DNA of 64,000 bases from Tubiluchus corallicola (taxonomy: Eukaryota; Animalia; Priapulida). The notes beneath the pieces were generated by a model, which was given only the letters and a program-made list of their open reading frames with translations, was not told where the DNA came from and searched no databases. Below, piece after piece: positions 40,486-51,983 of this stretch (position 1 is the stretch's first letter; every line of letters starts with the position of its first letter). Location: contig JAQGDQ010000019.1 of NCBI GenBank assembly GCA_030141605.1, positions 1,259,909 to 1,323,908 on the forward strand, given 5' to 3'. A program made the translations under genes and the position numbers.

Positions 40486-43400
40486 TCAAGGCTTAGTTTG
40501 AATATGTACTAGTGATCTGTCTCGTGTAAAACGACCAAGAAGACCAAATGGTGGTGGTGGTGCTATACTAAATAGTGGTCGTGGTGGTGCCACAAAACTA
40601 AATATTGGTTGTGGCGGTGGTGGAAGTGGCTGAAATACACCAGGTGGCTGCAAACCATTATCATCTTCAGGAACGATATATCTAGTAGCTTCACCCTTGG
40701 CACAAGACAGCAGTGGACCTGTGCGTAGAAGCCATAAGTCCAAATCTAGGTCCAAGTATGACTGCAACCGTTTTTCTTCCAGATATCTTATCATTTCAAG
40801 ATCTTGACTTCGTCGTAGTTCTTCACATTTGATGGTATTCTCCCTTGTTTTAGCTGACGGGATATCAAGATAAGGTACCATGCCAGGTGGCAGTTCACTA
40901 ACTGGTACATCTTTTCCATATATATTCCTTAACTGTGCTACTGTCTTCCTCATTTTCTCCTGTCTTAGCTGTTTTTCTTTCTCTTCACGTTCCAAAGCCC
41001 TTCTTTTTTCTTCTCGCTTTCTTCTTTCTTTTTCTTCTGCTTCCCTACGAAGTTTTGTTTCTTTTTCTTCTGCTTCTCTACGAAGCTTTCTTTCTTTTCC
41101 TTCTGACACCTTACGAAGTTTTCGTTCTTTGTCTTCCGCCTCCCTGTGAAGCTTTCTTTCATTTTCTTCCCCTTCATGCCCTGTAAGCCTTTCCCTTTGT
41201 CTTTGTTCTCTTTTTTCAAGTGCTTTTACCCGTTCTTCAAGCTCTTTTGCTATTCTAGACCTTTCCTTTCGTAGTACTATCCTTTTATCAAAATTAGGTT
41301 CACTACGTATTTTCTCTGTAATATCTTGTATTCTTTGTTGTGTCGCTGTTCTACTATCTAGGTATTCTCGTAAATCTTGTGGTTCTTCATATTTTTCTCT
41401 ATTCTTTGTTTTGCTTTTGCAACTACTTTTGCTTTTTTCTCTGTTGCTATGACTAGAACTGGTTTTATTTGCAGTGTGACAATACTTGCTTCGCGAGGAA
41501 CGATCTTTTTGAACACTTTTATGCTTATCACTGACATGTCTGTTTCTTTCAGTTATTTTTACCTGTGTCTCATCTGTATAATTTCTGTTTTCTTCATCCG
41601 ATATATGTAATTCATCAATATCAATTAATTCTTCACCATCCGCTAACTCCATTAACATTGCAAGATCGGGCGATTCCACAAATTCCAACTCTGCATCTAT
41701 AACACTGTCAGGCTGCTGCTCTTTTCCAGAATTATTTTCCAGAATAACTTTTCTGTTATCATTTTGTGAGTTAACAGCTTTGACTCGTTGAAATGTTTTA
41801 TCTTCCAGTCTTTTTATTTTGTGTTTTTTGGATAGCTGTGAACGTGTACGCTTTTGCTTGAGTTTAATACCTGTTTCTGTCATTTTTATCACTTTCGTTA
41901 TTAAGTCTTTAATAACAGTCTTACAAACTTTTAAATCAGGATAAAGCCTTTCATTGTTAACACTATCGTACTTTTCAGCACGAGTGTTACTGTCCACTGG
42001 TAGTTCTTCATCAGATATTTCCTCACAAGATTCTGGACATTCTTCGTCAGACACTTCTTCAAATAGCAGTTCACCACCAGACATATCATCGTCAGAAATA
42101 AATTCACCATGTTCAAGAACTGCGTCAGAATTAAGTTCAGTATCTAAATCTTCGTCAGATATCATCTCGCTCTCATTTCTCATGATATCTACCTCATTTT
42201 CTGATGACAATTCTTTGTCAGAAATTACTTCACATGATTCTCCAATAATTTCTTCTTCACTTTTATCTACTACTATCAGCTCTTCATCAGACACTTCTTC
42301 ACAGGCTTTTGGAACATGTTTTACCTCTTGATTTTGTTCACATTTCATCTTACTCTCCAATGCCAGCTGCTCAATGGATACCAGCTCATCTGCCTTCGAC
42401 ATTTGGTTATCAGCTTTCATTGCTTCATTGTTTAAAGAGACTTCATTATGCAATGGAACATTTCTATTCTCTAGGGCTTCATGGGACTCGTTACTCCTAG
42501 CCGCTAAATGTGCAGTACTTTTGCCATCTTTAATGTAGTCACCTTTCTGCCTGACAGTTTTTTCATTATTATTCATCTCACCATCTGTGTCAGGCACTTC
42601 AGCTGCCTCAATGGTTTCTGTTTCTTTCACTCTAGCCTCCGCTTCAGATTTCTCTTCAGTACGTGCCTGTGTACTTTTTTCTTCAATAGGTGTTTGTATA
42701 TTATTGCCTTTACGGAAATACTGCTCTGTCTCTCGTGATTTTGATGGCTGACGTTGTTCAACTTCCGCTGATTTTGAATCACTTTTCTGTCGCTCGTTCT
42801 CCCGTGACCTTGAACGATAATGTCGTTTATCGTCATGTGATCTTGACTGAAGCTGTTGCTTAACTTCCCCTGATTTTGAACGATAATGTCGCTCAGCCCT
42901 CCGTGATTTTGAAGGCCGTCGAGGCTCTCGTGATCTTGAATGACGCCGCCGCTCAGTTTCCCGTGATCTTGAACGATAATGTCGCTCAGCCCCCCGTGAT
43001 CTTGGACGCCTTTGAGGCTCTCTTGATCTTGAATGATGTCTCCTCCGTGACCTTGAACGATTGTGTCTACTGTGTAACCTAGACTGATTTTGTTTCTTAT
43101 CCGATATGGAACGACGGCATTGATGAAATGACCTTGAAACTCCAGAAGAATTCGAACGACTGCATCTGTGACGTGATCTTGACCTCAAACGTTGATGCCG
43201 TTCAAGTGACCTATGTAAGGATCTAGAACGTTCACGCAGCCGTTTCTCGACTGGACAGGTTTGCAAATCACGAGATTTTGAATGACTTCTAAATCGTCCA
43301 CGTGATCTACTTCTATCCTTTGAAAGTCTTCGAACATCACACGACTTTGAAAGACTACTACAGCCATCGTTTTCTGGGCTTGTTCTATGTCTTCTATGCG

Positions 43401-43992
43401 AAATGGAATCACTGTCTGCATAATTGGTATATGCACTACCCCTGTACTTATAAGGTAGCTTTTCTTCTCTAGAGGTGAAGGAGGATTGACGATCAGCCTG
43501 TCGATAACCAGTCACTGGTGAAAGATTATGATAGGAATCCTCGTTTGCTACTAAGTTACCATAACTTCTATACTGCTCTGCAGAAGACAAGTGTCTCTCA
43601 TCGAACAGGCCATTATAATCACGTCCATATGAAATATCACTCGGATGCATATCCCAACGTACATTTTCACATGGGCTTTTCCTTAGGTGATCATCCACTT
43701 GAGAAACTTGTAGGGGAGAAGAATCATGCTTATATGTGTGATGTGCAGGTTGGACAGGAGAGCACGAACGGTGATCTCTTTGTAGCTCAGGTTCATGCCA
43801 TCCTTGAGAATAGGAGTGACTAGGGGATCTATGTTCAGTGGAGTGGCATCTACCATGTGATTCAGAAAGTTTACTCCTGCATCCAGGAGATTGTGATCTT
43901 GACTTTGACCGGTTGAACTTGGCAGACTTGTCTTGCCTTGATTTCTTGGCTGAAACTACCTGGTCTGTGCAAAGGCATTCAATTACGAATTT
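40486..43992 (-). CDS. ZNF318-like paralogue B, last coding exon (RS repeats, acidic ExISDE repeats, charged coiled coil, Pro-rich tail)
   Basis: Acceptor TCTGTTTTTCAG/AAA at 43992. The frame is open for 98 codons upstream of the track's GTG start at 43698 (KFVIECLCTDQVVSAKKSR...). Stop at 40486 and AATAAA on the minus strand at 40397-40402. Confidence 0.85.
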   Translation of the reverse strand, partial: KFVIECLCTDQVVSAKKSRQDKSAKFNRSKSRSQSPGCRSKLSESHGRCHSTEHRSPSHSYSQGWHEPELQRDHRSCSPVQPAHHTYKHDSSPLQVSQVDDHLRKSPCENVRWDMHPSDISYGRDYNGLFDERHLSSAEQYRSYGNLVANEDSYHNLSPVTGYRQADRQSSFTSREEKLPYKYRGSAYTNYADSDSISHRRHRTSPENDGCSSLSKSCDVRRLSKDRSRSRGRFRSHSKSRDLQTCPVEKRLRERSRSLHRSLERHQRLRSRSRHRCSRSNSSGVSRSFHQCRRSISDKKQNQSRLHSRHNRSRSRRRHHSRSREPQRRPRSRGAERHYRSRSRETERRRHSRSREPRRPSKSRRAERHYRSKSGEVKQQLQSRSHDDKRHYRSRSRENERQKSDSKSAEVEQRQPSKSRETEQYFRKGNNIQTPIEEKSTQARTEEKSEAEARVKETETIEAAEVPDTDGEMNNNEKTVRQKGDYIKDGKSTAHLAARSNESHEALENRNVPLHNEVSLNNEAMKADNQMSKADELVSIEQLALESKMKCEQNQEVKHVPKACEEVSDEELIVVDKSEEEIIGESCEVISDKELSSENEVDIMRNESEMISDEDLDTELNSDAVLEHGEFISDDDMSGGELLFEEVSDEECPESCEEISDEELPVDSNTRAEKYDSVNNERLYPDLKVCKTVIKDLITKVIKMTETGIKLKQKRTRSQLSKKHKIKRLEDKTFQRVKAVNSQNDNRKVILENNSGKEQQPDSVIDAELEFVESPDLAMLMELADGEELIDIDELHISDEENRNYTDETQVKITERNRHVSDKHKSVQKDRSSRSKYCHTANKTSSSHSNREKSKSSCKSKTKNREKYEEPQDLREYLDSRTATQQRIQDITEKIRSEPNFDKRIVLRKERSRIAKELEERVKALEKREQRQRERLTGHEGEENERKLHREAEDKERKLRKVSEGKERKLRREAEEKETKLRREAEEKERRKREEKRRALEREEKEKQLRQEKMRKTVAQLRNIYGKDVPVSELPPGMVPYLDIPSAKTRENTIKCEELRRSQDLEMIRYLEEKRLQSYLDLDLDLWLLRTGPLLSCAKGEATRYIVPEDDNGLQPPGVFQPLPPPPQPIFSFVAPPRPLFSIAPPPPFGLLGRFTRDRSLVHIQTKP

Positions 43993-46550
43993 CTGAAAAA
44001 CAGACTGTAAATGTTAGATTACGTACGACAACACGTACATACATAGGAATAGCAGTACATATTATATTCTGCATGTACAGCGTGCACTTAAATTATACTG
44101 TAAGTTGTCGCATAAGTTAATGTTAAGTAGCTTCGTGTTAATGAATCTTAACTTTTGACACTTCCTCAATTAGCATGTTTCGTTTCAGTATATTTTTTAC
44201 ATTTTTTTAGAGTGAGGGAAACAAAGAGAGCTGGAGGAAAGAAGAGGAATGGAAAGCGCAAGTGAGAAAGTCGGCAGGAGAGATAGAAAGAGGGAGAGAA
44301 AGACACAGAAAGAGAGAACGAGAGAGGGGGAGAGTGTCAATCATAAAGACATTTTGCAAAGAGGCTCAGACTAACCCTACCCAGTGTGCAAAGGAAATGA
44401 AAATCAGTATTTGAAATTTGAGTTTTGCTAAATAAGCTAGATTTACAATTTCACTGCAACTGTAATTTTATACAAATTGTGAAGCTACTGCAATGACATT
44501 ATACAATAAATAGTTGCAAAATGAGTTGTATGAACTGAGTATTATTAATTTTGCCTCTGGAACACATCAGCATGCTTTTACATTGTTTCCTATGGTTTTG
44601 TTCAACGACTTTTCGCTTGAAGGCATTAACACCGTTACGCAAGGGCTTGCCTCAGATTTCAATGAAATGCATAGCTAAATGGCTCTATTAAGAAACAGTT
44701 CAACTAAAGTAAACATGAACTGATATGGAATTGTGATTAAATATTTTAGTTGTTTCTCATTACTTGTTACTCATTAGAGCTCAGTGAAAACATTCAACAT
44801 TTCTGTTCTTCAGTTGGCAGTCAACAAATCTCTAAGCTTACGAGTAAAGCATGTTTTAAATGATTTTCAATAAAATTTTGCAATGTATTATGCAATCTTA
44901 ACTATACTACTATACAAATGCTGGTAAATCTCAAAATAGCAACTTAAAACAATAAATTTTCCACTCATCATTTTAAATTCTTTAAAGCTGATATGATTAA
45001 TTTTACAAAATAATTTAATGAGACCTACGTCAACACCAGCAGTTAACTGTAGTATAGAATCGTAGTATAGTATAATTTATAGTACAGTATATTAGTATAC
45101 AGTAGATGCTTTGTAAAGTAATATCTTAATTACAACCAAACTCTGTCAATTATCATAAGTTAAAAACTTGGTTAATTGATAAGAAATGTTCTTGAAATCA
45201 CGTGTCTTGTAAGTTACCTAGTTTGGTGCACACGTATTAGGCCCTTATCACAGTCAATTTAAATTAGGTGTACACTAGGCCAGATTGCTTGCTTAAAATT
45301 AATCAGTGCCACTAGGCTATCTAACTGAATCCAAATACTTTATTTCTTGCAGTTTGTAATAGTTTAAACTATGAAAATGTATGTAAGGCCAGTGTAGCTG
45401 TGTTCACTTTTTGTGACCATAATGAAACCAAACATATTGCAAAAATTCTGGTTCTGCTATACGCAGGCTTCTTAAAACAGATGTGTGCTCAAAAAATTAA
45501 ATATTGTTTATTGAGAGAAAATGCTATAGAAGTTAGAAATAGAAGATTTGACAGATGAACTTTATTTCTAAATATCAGGACTTAATGGTTGAACAAACCC
45601 ATTTTTCTCAATGTTTAACTCTGTTAGTCCTGAAATTAAAGCTAACTCCATAGGTCTACACTCGCATTTTCAAGGTTTATTATTAGAAAGAATAAATTAC
45701 ACTTGCAATGAAGAAATATACGCCTGCAGTCAGCTAAACGGTCTAGCATCACTGTTAATTTCAGGGCAATATGCGACTTATAATTCCATGACCATTTACA
45801 CATTACTGAAATTAAATCTAATAGCGCACTAGTGCACAAAAAACAATTTACAAGACAATATTCATTTAAAGTTGTGTCAAAGAAGTTTTAAATTCAATAT
45901 CAACAAAAGAATAATTTGGTTTTAACACTTGCAGCCTGATAACTTTGATGTTAGATTTAAGTTGAAATTAAAATGTTATTTTATAAAATTGGTATATGTA
46001 CCTTCTATGGTTTAGTGTTAACTGCTTGCTAGCCAGTGACCAGATAAAAGCTATTGACTTGAATGCTGATTTTGCAAATGGTTTATGCCAATGTAATTTT
46101 GACAAAAGTAGACAGTTTTTGTACCATTTCTATAACAGTGGCATGTAGGGTATCAATGTTTTAATTTAAAAAAAATTAAGTCAACCCTCGCGTAAGATCG
46201 ATATCACGAGAACTTAAGTGTGCAAGTTTATCTATTGCTGTGACGTAAAATTAAAGAACATTAGCACAGAATAATAGCTAACACCACCTCCCAATTTGGT
46301 GTTTAACAAATAGTGCTTTTCTGTTGCTGAGATAATCATATCTTGGCATTTGAAGATTAAGTGTTTTCTATAATAATTTGCTATATGTATTTTACCTGGT
46401 CACAAAATATAGACTAAATGAAAAACAAACTACTTGACTGGGTGCAGACTATTCATTATTATTTCATCCATACTCAACTCTTATGAATTAAGCATGTGAA
46501 ATTTTTTTGGTAAATTTCAAATATCAGTACTACACAACTATATATATATA

Positions 46551-47220
46551 TGTGTGGCCATCAACAACAAAACCGTCAATAAGTCGGCATAGTTAAAACT
46601 ATGTTATGACACTTCAAAGTAGAAAACACCAAAAGTTTGGTCAAATGTCGGTTTTTTATTTTTTATGAAAACAAATGCTCAATATTGGACTTTTATATTC
46701 TAGCATCAAATTATCAGGAAAATGTCCAAAAAATACTAAAAATCTAATTTTAAAACTCCTTACCCACTTTTCTGTCTAGAAGCTAGTATGGTAATTACAA
46801 AAAAAAAATTTATTTTCTAACTCTGAATTTAGCTCGTGGAAGCAACAATTTTACTTCGGGTTTTTTCTGTTGACAAGACCAGATCTTCTTCAGGAAGAGC
46901 CACCTGCTGGATTTAAATGTAACTTCAATTTGCTCTTGTAAAATCCATAGCAACCACACTTTCATACATTTGCTAAGTGTTTTGTAGAGACCGGATAAAA
47001 ACAATGGCTGATTTTAACAGCATTTTTCTCAAGATTAGGTTTTTCAGTGCTTAGCATGCACCTCAACTTCAACCTGGATTATCTCAGCTTAGAAATAACA
47101 TAGAGCGATGAGCTTGGTACCAAAATGATCCTTATTTAATGGAGATTCAGGATATGTGAATAACTAGAAAAGCTTAATTGACGACTTATGGACGATTTTG
47201 CTATGCAAGCACGCACACAC
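46551..47220. mobile_element. MITE, copy 2 (inverted relative to 35003-35432), intronic
   Basis: 47136-47200 is the reverse complement of about 35020-35085, and 46575-46790 matches 35190-35420. Flanked by (TA)n/(CA)n. Confidence 0.65.
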
Positions 47221-47338
47221 ACACACACACATATATATATATGCAATGTTACAGGAAATGCTCTTTTCCATGCCTTGGAATAGCTCCAATGCAAAATTAC
47301 AACTAACAATTTGAAAATATAGAAACTGTATAGCCTAC

Positions 47339-47454
47339 CTCGCACAAAATTCTATGATACTGCGACTCAATGTGTTCTTCTGGTCGTTCAGGTTCCTTCA
47401 CATCAAGTTGACAAAGCTGACAATGCACATTCTCTACTCGCCCTTTTACAGCAA
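47339..47454 (-). CDS. ZNF318-like paralogue B, zinc finger 2 exon (not in ORF track)
   Basis: TTATTACTACTAG acceptor and GAG/GTAGGC donor, phase 1 to 0. Reads VAVKGRVENVHCQLCQLDVKEPERPEEHIESQYHRILCE (C-x2-C-x12-H-x5-H). Confidence 0.82.
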
Positions 47455-48248
47455 CTAGTAGTAATAAACATTAATCTAAATTTTCAAAAAATGAATTGTG
47501 TTAAAGAAAAGAACTATGTAAGTGCATTATACAATTAAATAGATTTATCTGCCCAACTTTCCAGTCCTATTTTCAGAGTATCGTTTACAAAAAAAATTTG
47601 CTACATTGGTCATACTGGAATAAGTACACAATGCAACGTGTGGGCACTAATCTATTAGAAATTTTTGAATGTTTTTGCTACTTTACATCAGTAACATCAT
47701 TTCTCATTACAACATTATGTACACGTATTTACTGGTAATGTATATTGAGTAGCTAGCTATACAAAATACTTATGGTGATAAATGCTCAATCTAATATAAT
47801 ACTTGCTAACGAGTATCTAGTTTATTGTTTAGTGTTACTAGTTATTCAAATTTCCAACACGACAAGTTTTATTATAAGCCAGTGTTTGTATTTAACAATC
47901 AAATATAGTAAATTATATATTGAAAAGTGACCCAAACATTTATACTAAGCACTCAGCTAATGCTGGGAGTCCAAGAAAGCATTGTTCAACAACAACAAAA
48001 AAATTGTTGCACGAACTTGACTAAAAATATCAAAGCACTTTCATTACACCGAAACTATTCAGAAACTTTCTTGCAGCTGTTTCTAAGTAAACAGCATTTG
48101 GAAATTCTTATGACCTTGACAAGTTAACATCCCGGCTCGTATAATGTCGACTAATATGAGTTCAATGTGTATTTTAAGTAGAATAAAGCCTACTATAACT
48201 TGTTTTGAAGAATAATTTAAAATAGTATCATGCTATTAAATCACATAC

Positions 48249-48309
48249 CCACTGGAATATTGGTTTTTGCACACGTTGGCAGCCATGGTTGAAAGTATTC
48301 ATTTGTGTT
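48249..48309 (-). CDS. ZNF318-like paralogue B, linker exon (not in ORF track)
   Basis: TCTTTTTGCAG acceptor and GTGG/GTATGT donor, phase 0 to 1. NTNEYFQPWLPTCAKTNIPV aligns with NMDKHDIPW of gene A exon 4. Confidence 0.78.
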
Positions 48310-48435
48310 CTGCAAAAAGAAGTTATAACAGCTGTTAAAATAAATACACATACATTATTATATAGTATTTATAATGCACATATTATACTATCAGTATTAT
48401 TACACATAATGCAGATATGTAAGTGGATCACAATG

Positions 48436-48439
<4 letters not shown>

Positions 48440-48475
<36 letters not shown>
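48440..48475. repeat. (TA)n microsatellite
   Basis: Seen directly in the sequence. Confidence 0.95.
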
Positions 48476-48476
<1 letters not shown>

Positions 48477-48499
48477 TTTTGCATACAATTTGCCAGTTA

Positions 48500-49595
48500 C
48501 AGTAGGCGCCGCTTAATAGACTCAATCACTTAACTGACTCAAAAACACCTGCCACGGCCGCTTCTATTTAAATGTACATAAAAACTGTCGGTAATTGACT
48601 CAAATAACTCCAAGTAATTGACTCAACATTTTATCCTTCGCTCCTATTCATGTCATCTTTACTTGACCTTTGTGCACTATAATATACGTAGAAACAATCA
48701 TCTTAAGTACCGTTTTGTTTGTAAGCAGGTACGTTTATCATGCGCTAATACGCTAGCATAGCAGTTTTGCTTTGAATCTGTTACCCCCTCGTCCACGGCA
48801 ATTAACTTTGTTACCCAAGAATTTTTGGAAGCTAAACATTTAATCACTTGTCTAGTAGTTTCCTTTTGAAGTTCTCGTTTCACGCTTTCGCCCTTAATCA
48901 GTTAACAGTCAAAGATCAGCAATCAGCCCGTACTCCTTGTGACTAGAGTAAACATCATACAGCAAATAAGAGTATAGAGTTAAGATGTTTGAAAAATGGA
49001 GTATAAGCGTAAAGATCTAACAGTAGGGGAAACTGAATATTTTAGAGCAGTATGATAAACATATAAAAATGGGGCAGAGGTGTGCAGTAGAACATTTCCC
49101 AAAGTACTCTTGGTAGAATTTTGAAACAATTTGAGAATGAGAATCTGACACCTAAGAGGTGACGCACAACAAAAAACTGTGAAGGGCACCACCAACTGCA
49201 GCTTAAGCACGCGAAGCGCTAAATGTTTTATGAGAATACGTGCATCATACCAACATATTTTCAACATTTTTATAATTATGAGAACTTTGTAAGCCAACTT
49301 CTTTGTGAGAAAATGAAGCAGCCGACTTTGAAGGAATTTTTCTAATTATTGCAAATAACAGATTTGTGAGATTTAGAAAAGTATGCTTTTTAACTTATTG
49401 CTAATTCACTTATATAAATTAATATTTTAAAATATGTTTTTAAATTTTTAATTGCACAAAATAATTCAGGCATTACGTTAGTTGATGACTAACTTCTATA
49501 CCAGTAATACTACACCGATCAGTTAATAAGTTCAGTCGGTTAATTGGGTCAAAACACTTCGGTCCCAAAATGAGTCTATTAAGCGAAATCTATTT
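48500..49595. mobile_element. Tc1/mariner (pogo/Tigger-like) non-autonomous element, copy 1, in a paralogue B intron
   Basis: TA/CAGTAGGCGCCGCTTAATAGACTCA ... TGAGTCTATTAAGCG inverted ends with TGACTCA sub-repeats. Homologous to 53370-54212. Confidence 0.75.
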
Positions 49596-49697
49596 TTTAG
49601 GAAAACACAGGACAGAAAAAATGCTGCTGCAAATATGGCATTTCTTGACAGTCATCATAAACAACAATAAAGTATTTATACCGCTACATTAACTTGC

Positions 49698-49946
49698 CTC
49701 ATAATGCTGTCCATCATGTAAATGCTTTAGCAGCTCCTTCACACTTCGTAAGATAGCTGTGCATGGCTTACACCAGTACTTTGATGCTCCCAGAAGAGCA
49801 AGCGGCAACTTTAGCAACTCTGGTTGGTCAAGTTCTTTTTCAGGGTAGGGTGAGCGAGCACTACATTCAGATCTTTCTAGATCAGTTTCAGCAGGAGGTT
49901 TATCAACCTGTGACTTTGCTACTCTAGCCTGTCTACTTTGGAGAAT
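49698..49946 (-). CDS. ZNF318-like paralogue B, zinc finger 1 exon (not in ORF track; GC donor)
   Basis: TTTTTGTAATTAG acceptor, then 83 open codons ending SKYWCKPCTAILRSVKELLKHLHDGQHYE. The donor GAG/GCAAGT is at the same position as gene A's donor. Confidence 0.85.
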
Positions 49947-50690
49947 CTAATTACAAAAACAAGTTCGAAATTGGACCAGTCATTATACATGCAGAAAACA
50001 GCTGGATAGAAGAATGGTTCTTCGCAAAGTTTACAAAAGAAAAGCCTATTGTAAATTATAGGTGGTCCAAGCAATAATTACACTATTATTTCATACAAGC
50101 ACATTCATTTTATAAAACAAAACATCCACGTAAAGTCAAAACCTTTCAGTAGTTACCTTTGTCCACTGCATGTTCTCCGCAGAGAAAAAACATTGCATAA
50201 ATCATTTTCAGTGAACGTGCTCAGGACTAGTTCTCAGTCTTAAAACTCTACAGTATGCCATTAAAACAAATCAGTAAATTCACATAGGTGAAATGAGGTT
50301 TAGAAAATCATCATTTACTAAGGTCTTGATTCTAATTAATTAATATTTAAATTATAACCAGTGGTAATTCAGCAAACAAATGATATTAAAGAGCATCCAG
50401 GGGCACAGCTAAGCACTTTGTATGGGAGGGGGTGCTGCCTTTACAATTCCTTGTATAATGGTTAATATTCTGCTAATTTTTCACCTTCTTTCCAGCCATG
50501 TTTGAATCCTAGAAATGAATCCTGTTTTATCAAATATACTAAGAAAATAAACAAGTTGGAATTTATCAAACCTAGAAGGCCATTAGCAATAAATATACAT
50601 AAACAACAACATATATAAGTGGGTCCTAGTCCTAGAATAAGCTGACAAATTTATCAATTGGATAAAGTAAAAGCATTCAGAAAGTCTCAC

Positions 50691-51983
50691 CAAGGTCTGA
50701 ATAACTTTGTTTTCCTTAACAAATTGGGAATCCATGTTATAAAGTCCAACAAGCGAATCTGGAAGGCCTAGCAAACTGCCAATTTTTTCAACATTATCTT
50801 CGAGCAGTCGTAATCGATCGGTTAACTGCCTCATAAGCACAGTAATTTGTTTCAAAAAATTCATCAGTTTATCATCTCTAGAAATGACAGGAACTTTTAC
50901 CATTTCTTGGTGTAGTGTGTACAGTGAAAAAAGTGCTGTTTTACATTCGCGGAATTGTTCAATTGATCGTCCCCTCTTTATAGCTTTGCTTTTTCGGGTT
51001 CTATCTTCGTCGGATACCATGCATAATTGAAGTTTCATTTTCTTTGACAAAAGTGCTTCACTTGCCGTGGTTAGTGTTTCTACAATTTTCTGATACAATT
51101 TTTCCCTTTGGGGTACATCACAAGCTTGCATTTTACCAGCAGTGCCATATTTTTCAGCAGAATATTTAGGAGCAATAGCTGAATGGCGATGCTCTCTTTG
51201 TTGATTTTTTGTCGAAATTGTTTGTTTTGGCAGAGGGGTTACCTGTGGAATTCGATCAATCTTAAAATTCACATTTCCACCTAGAAATGTTTCTGTCTCC
51301 TTTACTGTGAACACTTCTTCTCTCATTTTGGCCTTTTCTTGATTCTGCCTAGATTTTTCAAAATCAAAACCCAATGACTGTAAAATATCATGCAGCACAT
51401 TGCCTTGCTGTGATGCTTTGCCTGCCGTAGATACAGGTGTCAGTTTTATAGGCAATTGATCACCCACAGCATAACTATGACTTAGCTCAAGCTCTCTCCC
51501 ACACTTGTCAGGTGCATGCTGATACTGTGGAAAACGTGAACTCAATGGCAGTTTGTCTTCTTCACTGCCATATAAAAACGTATCTTCATCGTCTGCGTTA
51601 ATAGAGCTTGTCGAGGCAGAAGAAATTTCTAGTAAATTATTTGTAGTCCTACCACGCCCTAGATGACCTTTTTGCAAGTTTTTGTAACTGGATTCACGGC
51701 CAAGTCCTGCACTGGCTGACAGGTTTGAGTTTGCCAAACGCATGCTGTTTGCCAACTCAGACAAAAAATTATCACGCACTTTTCCTGACTGTACATTTGA
51801 ACTTAATTCTCTAGCTGCAAAATGTGTCTGCAGATGTTCACTTCCTGATGTTAGTCTCAACAAATCAGATGCAGTCATATTTTGCAATCGCTGGTCAAGT
51901 GGTTGAGACTGCATAAAGTTTTGCTGTGACATATCCTGCTGACCAATGCTTGTTGACAAAAAATGACCATACCCGAAGGTAGC
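50691..51983 (-). CDS. ZNF318-like paralogue B, large first identifiable coding exon (probable ATG at 51932)
   Basis: TTTGTGTTACAG acceptor and TTG/GTGAGA donor, phase 0. Contains DDEDTFLYG and NVLHDILQSLGFDFEKS, matching EDEETFLYG and NVLQDILQSIGFNFDKS of gene A exon 2, plus a similar C-terminal coiled coil. Confidence 0.85.

Noticed and set aside
40486-43698. The 1070-aa ORF as a stand-alone SR-protein gene or viral/TE gene
   Set aside because: The track start is a GTG. The frame stays open to an acceptor at 43992 that joins the zinc-finger exons in phase.
40880-43823. Many overlapping + strand and alternate-frame ORFs over the 1070-aa ORF
   Set aside because: Antisense shadows of low-complexity E/K/R/S coding sequence with no independent motifs.
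47595-47650. Alternative candidate linker exon for paralogue B
   Set aside because: Weak acceptor and no similarity to gene A. 48249-48309 has better splice sites, the right phases and the conserved PW.
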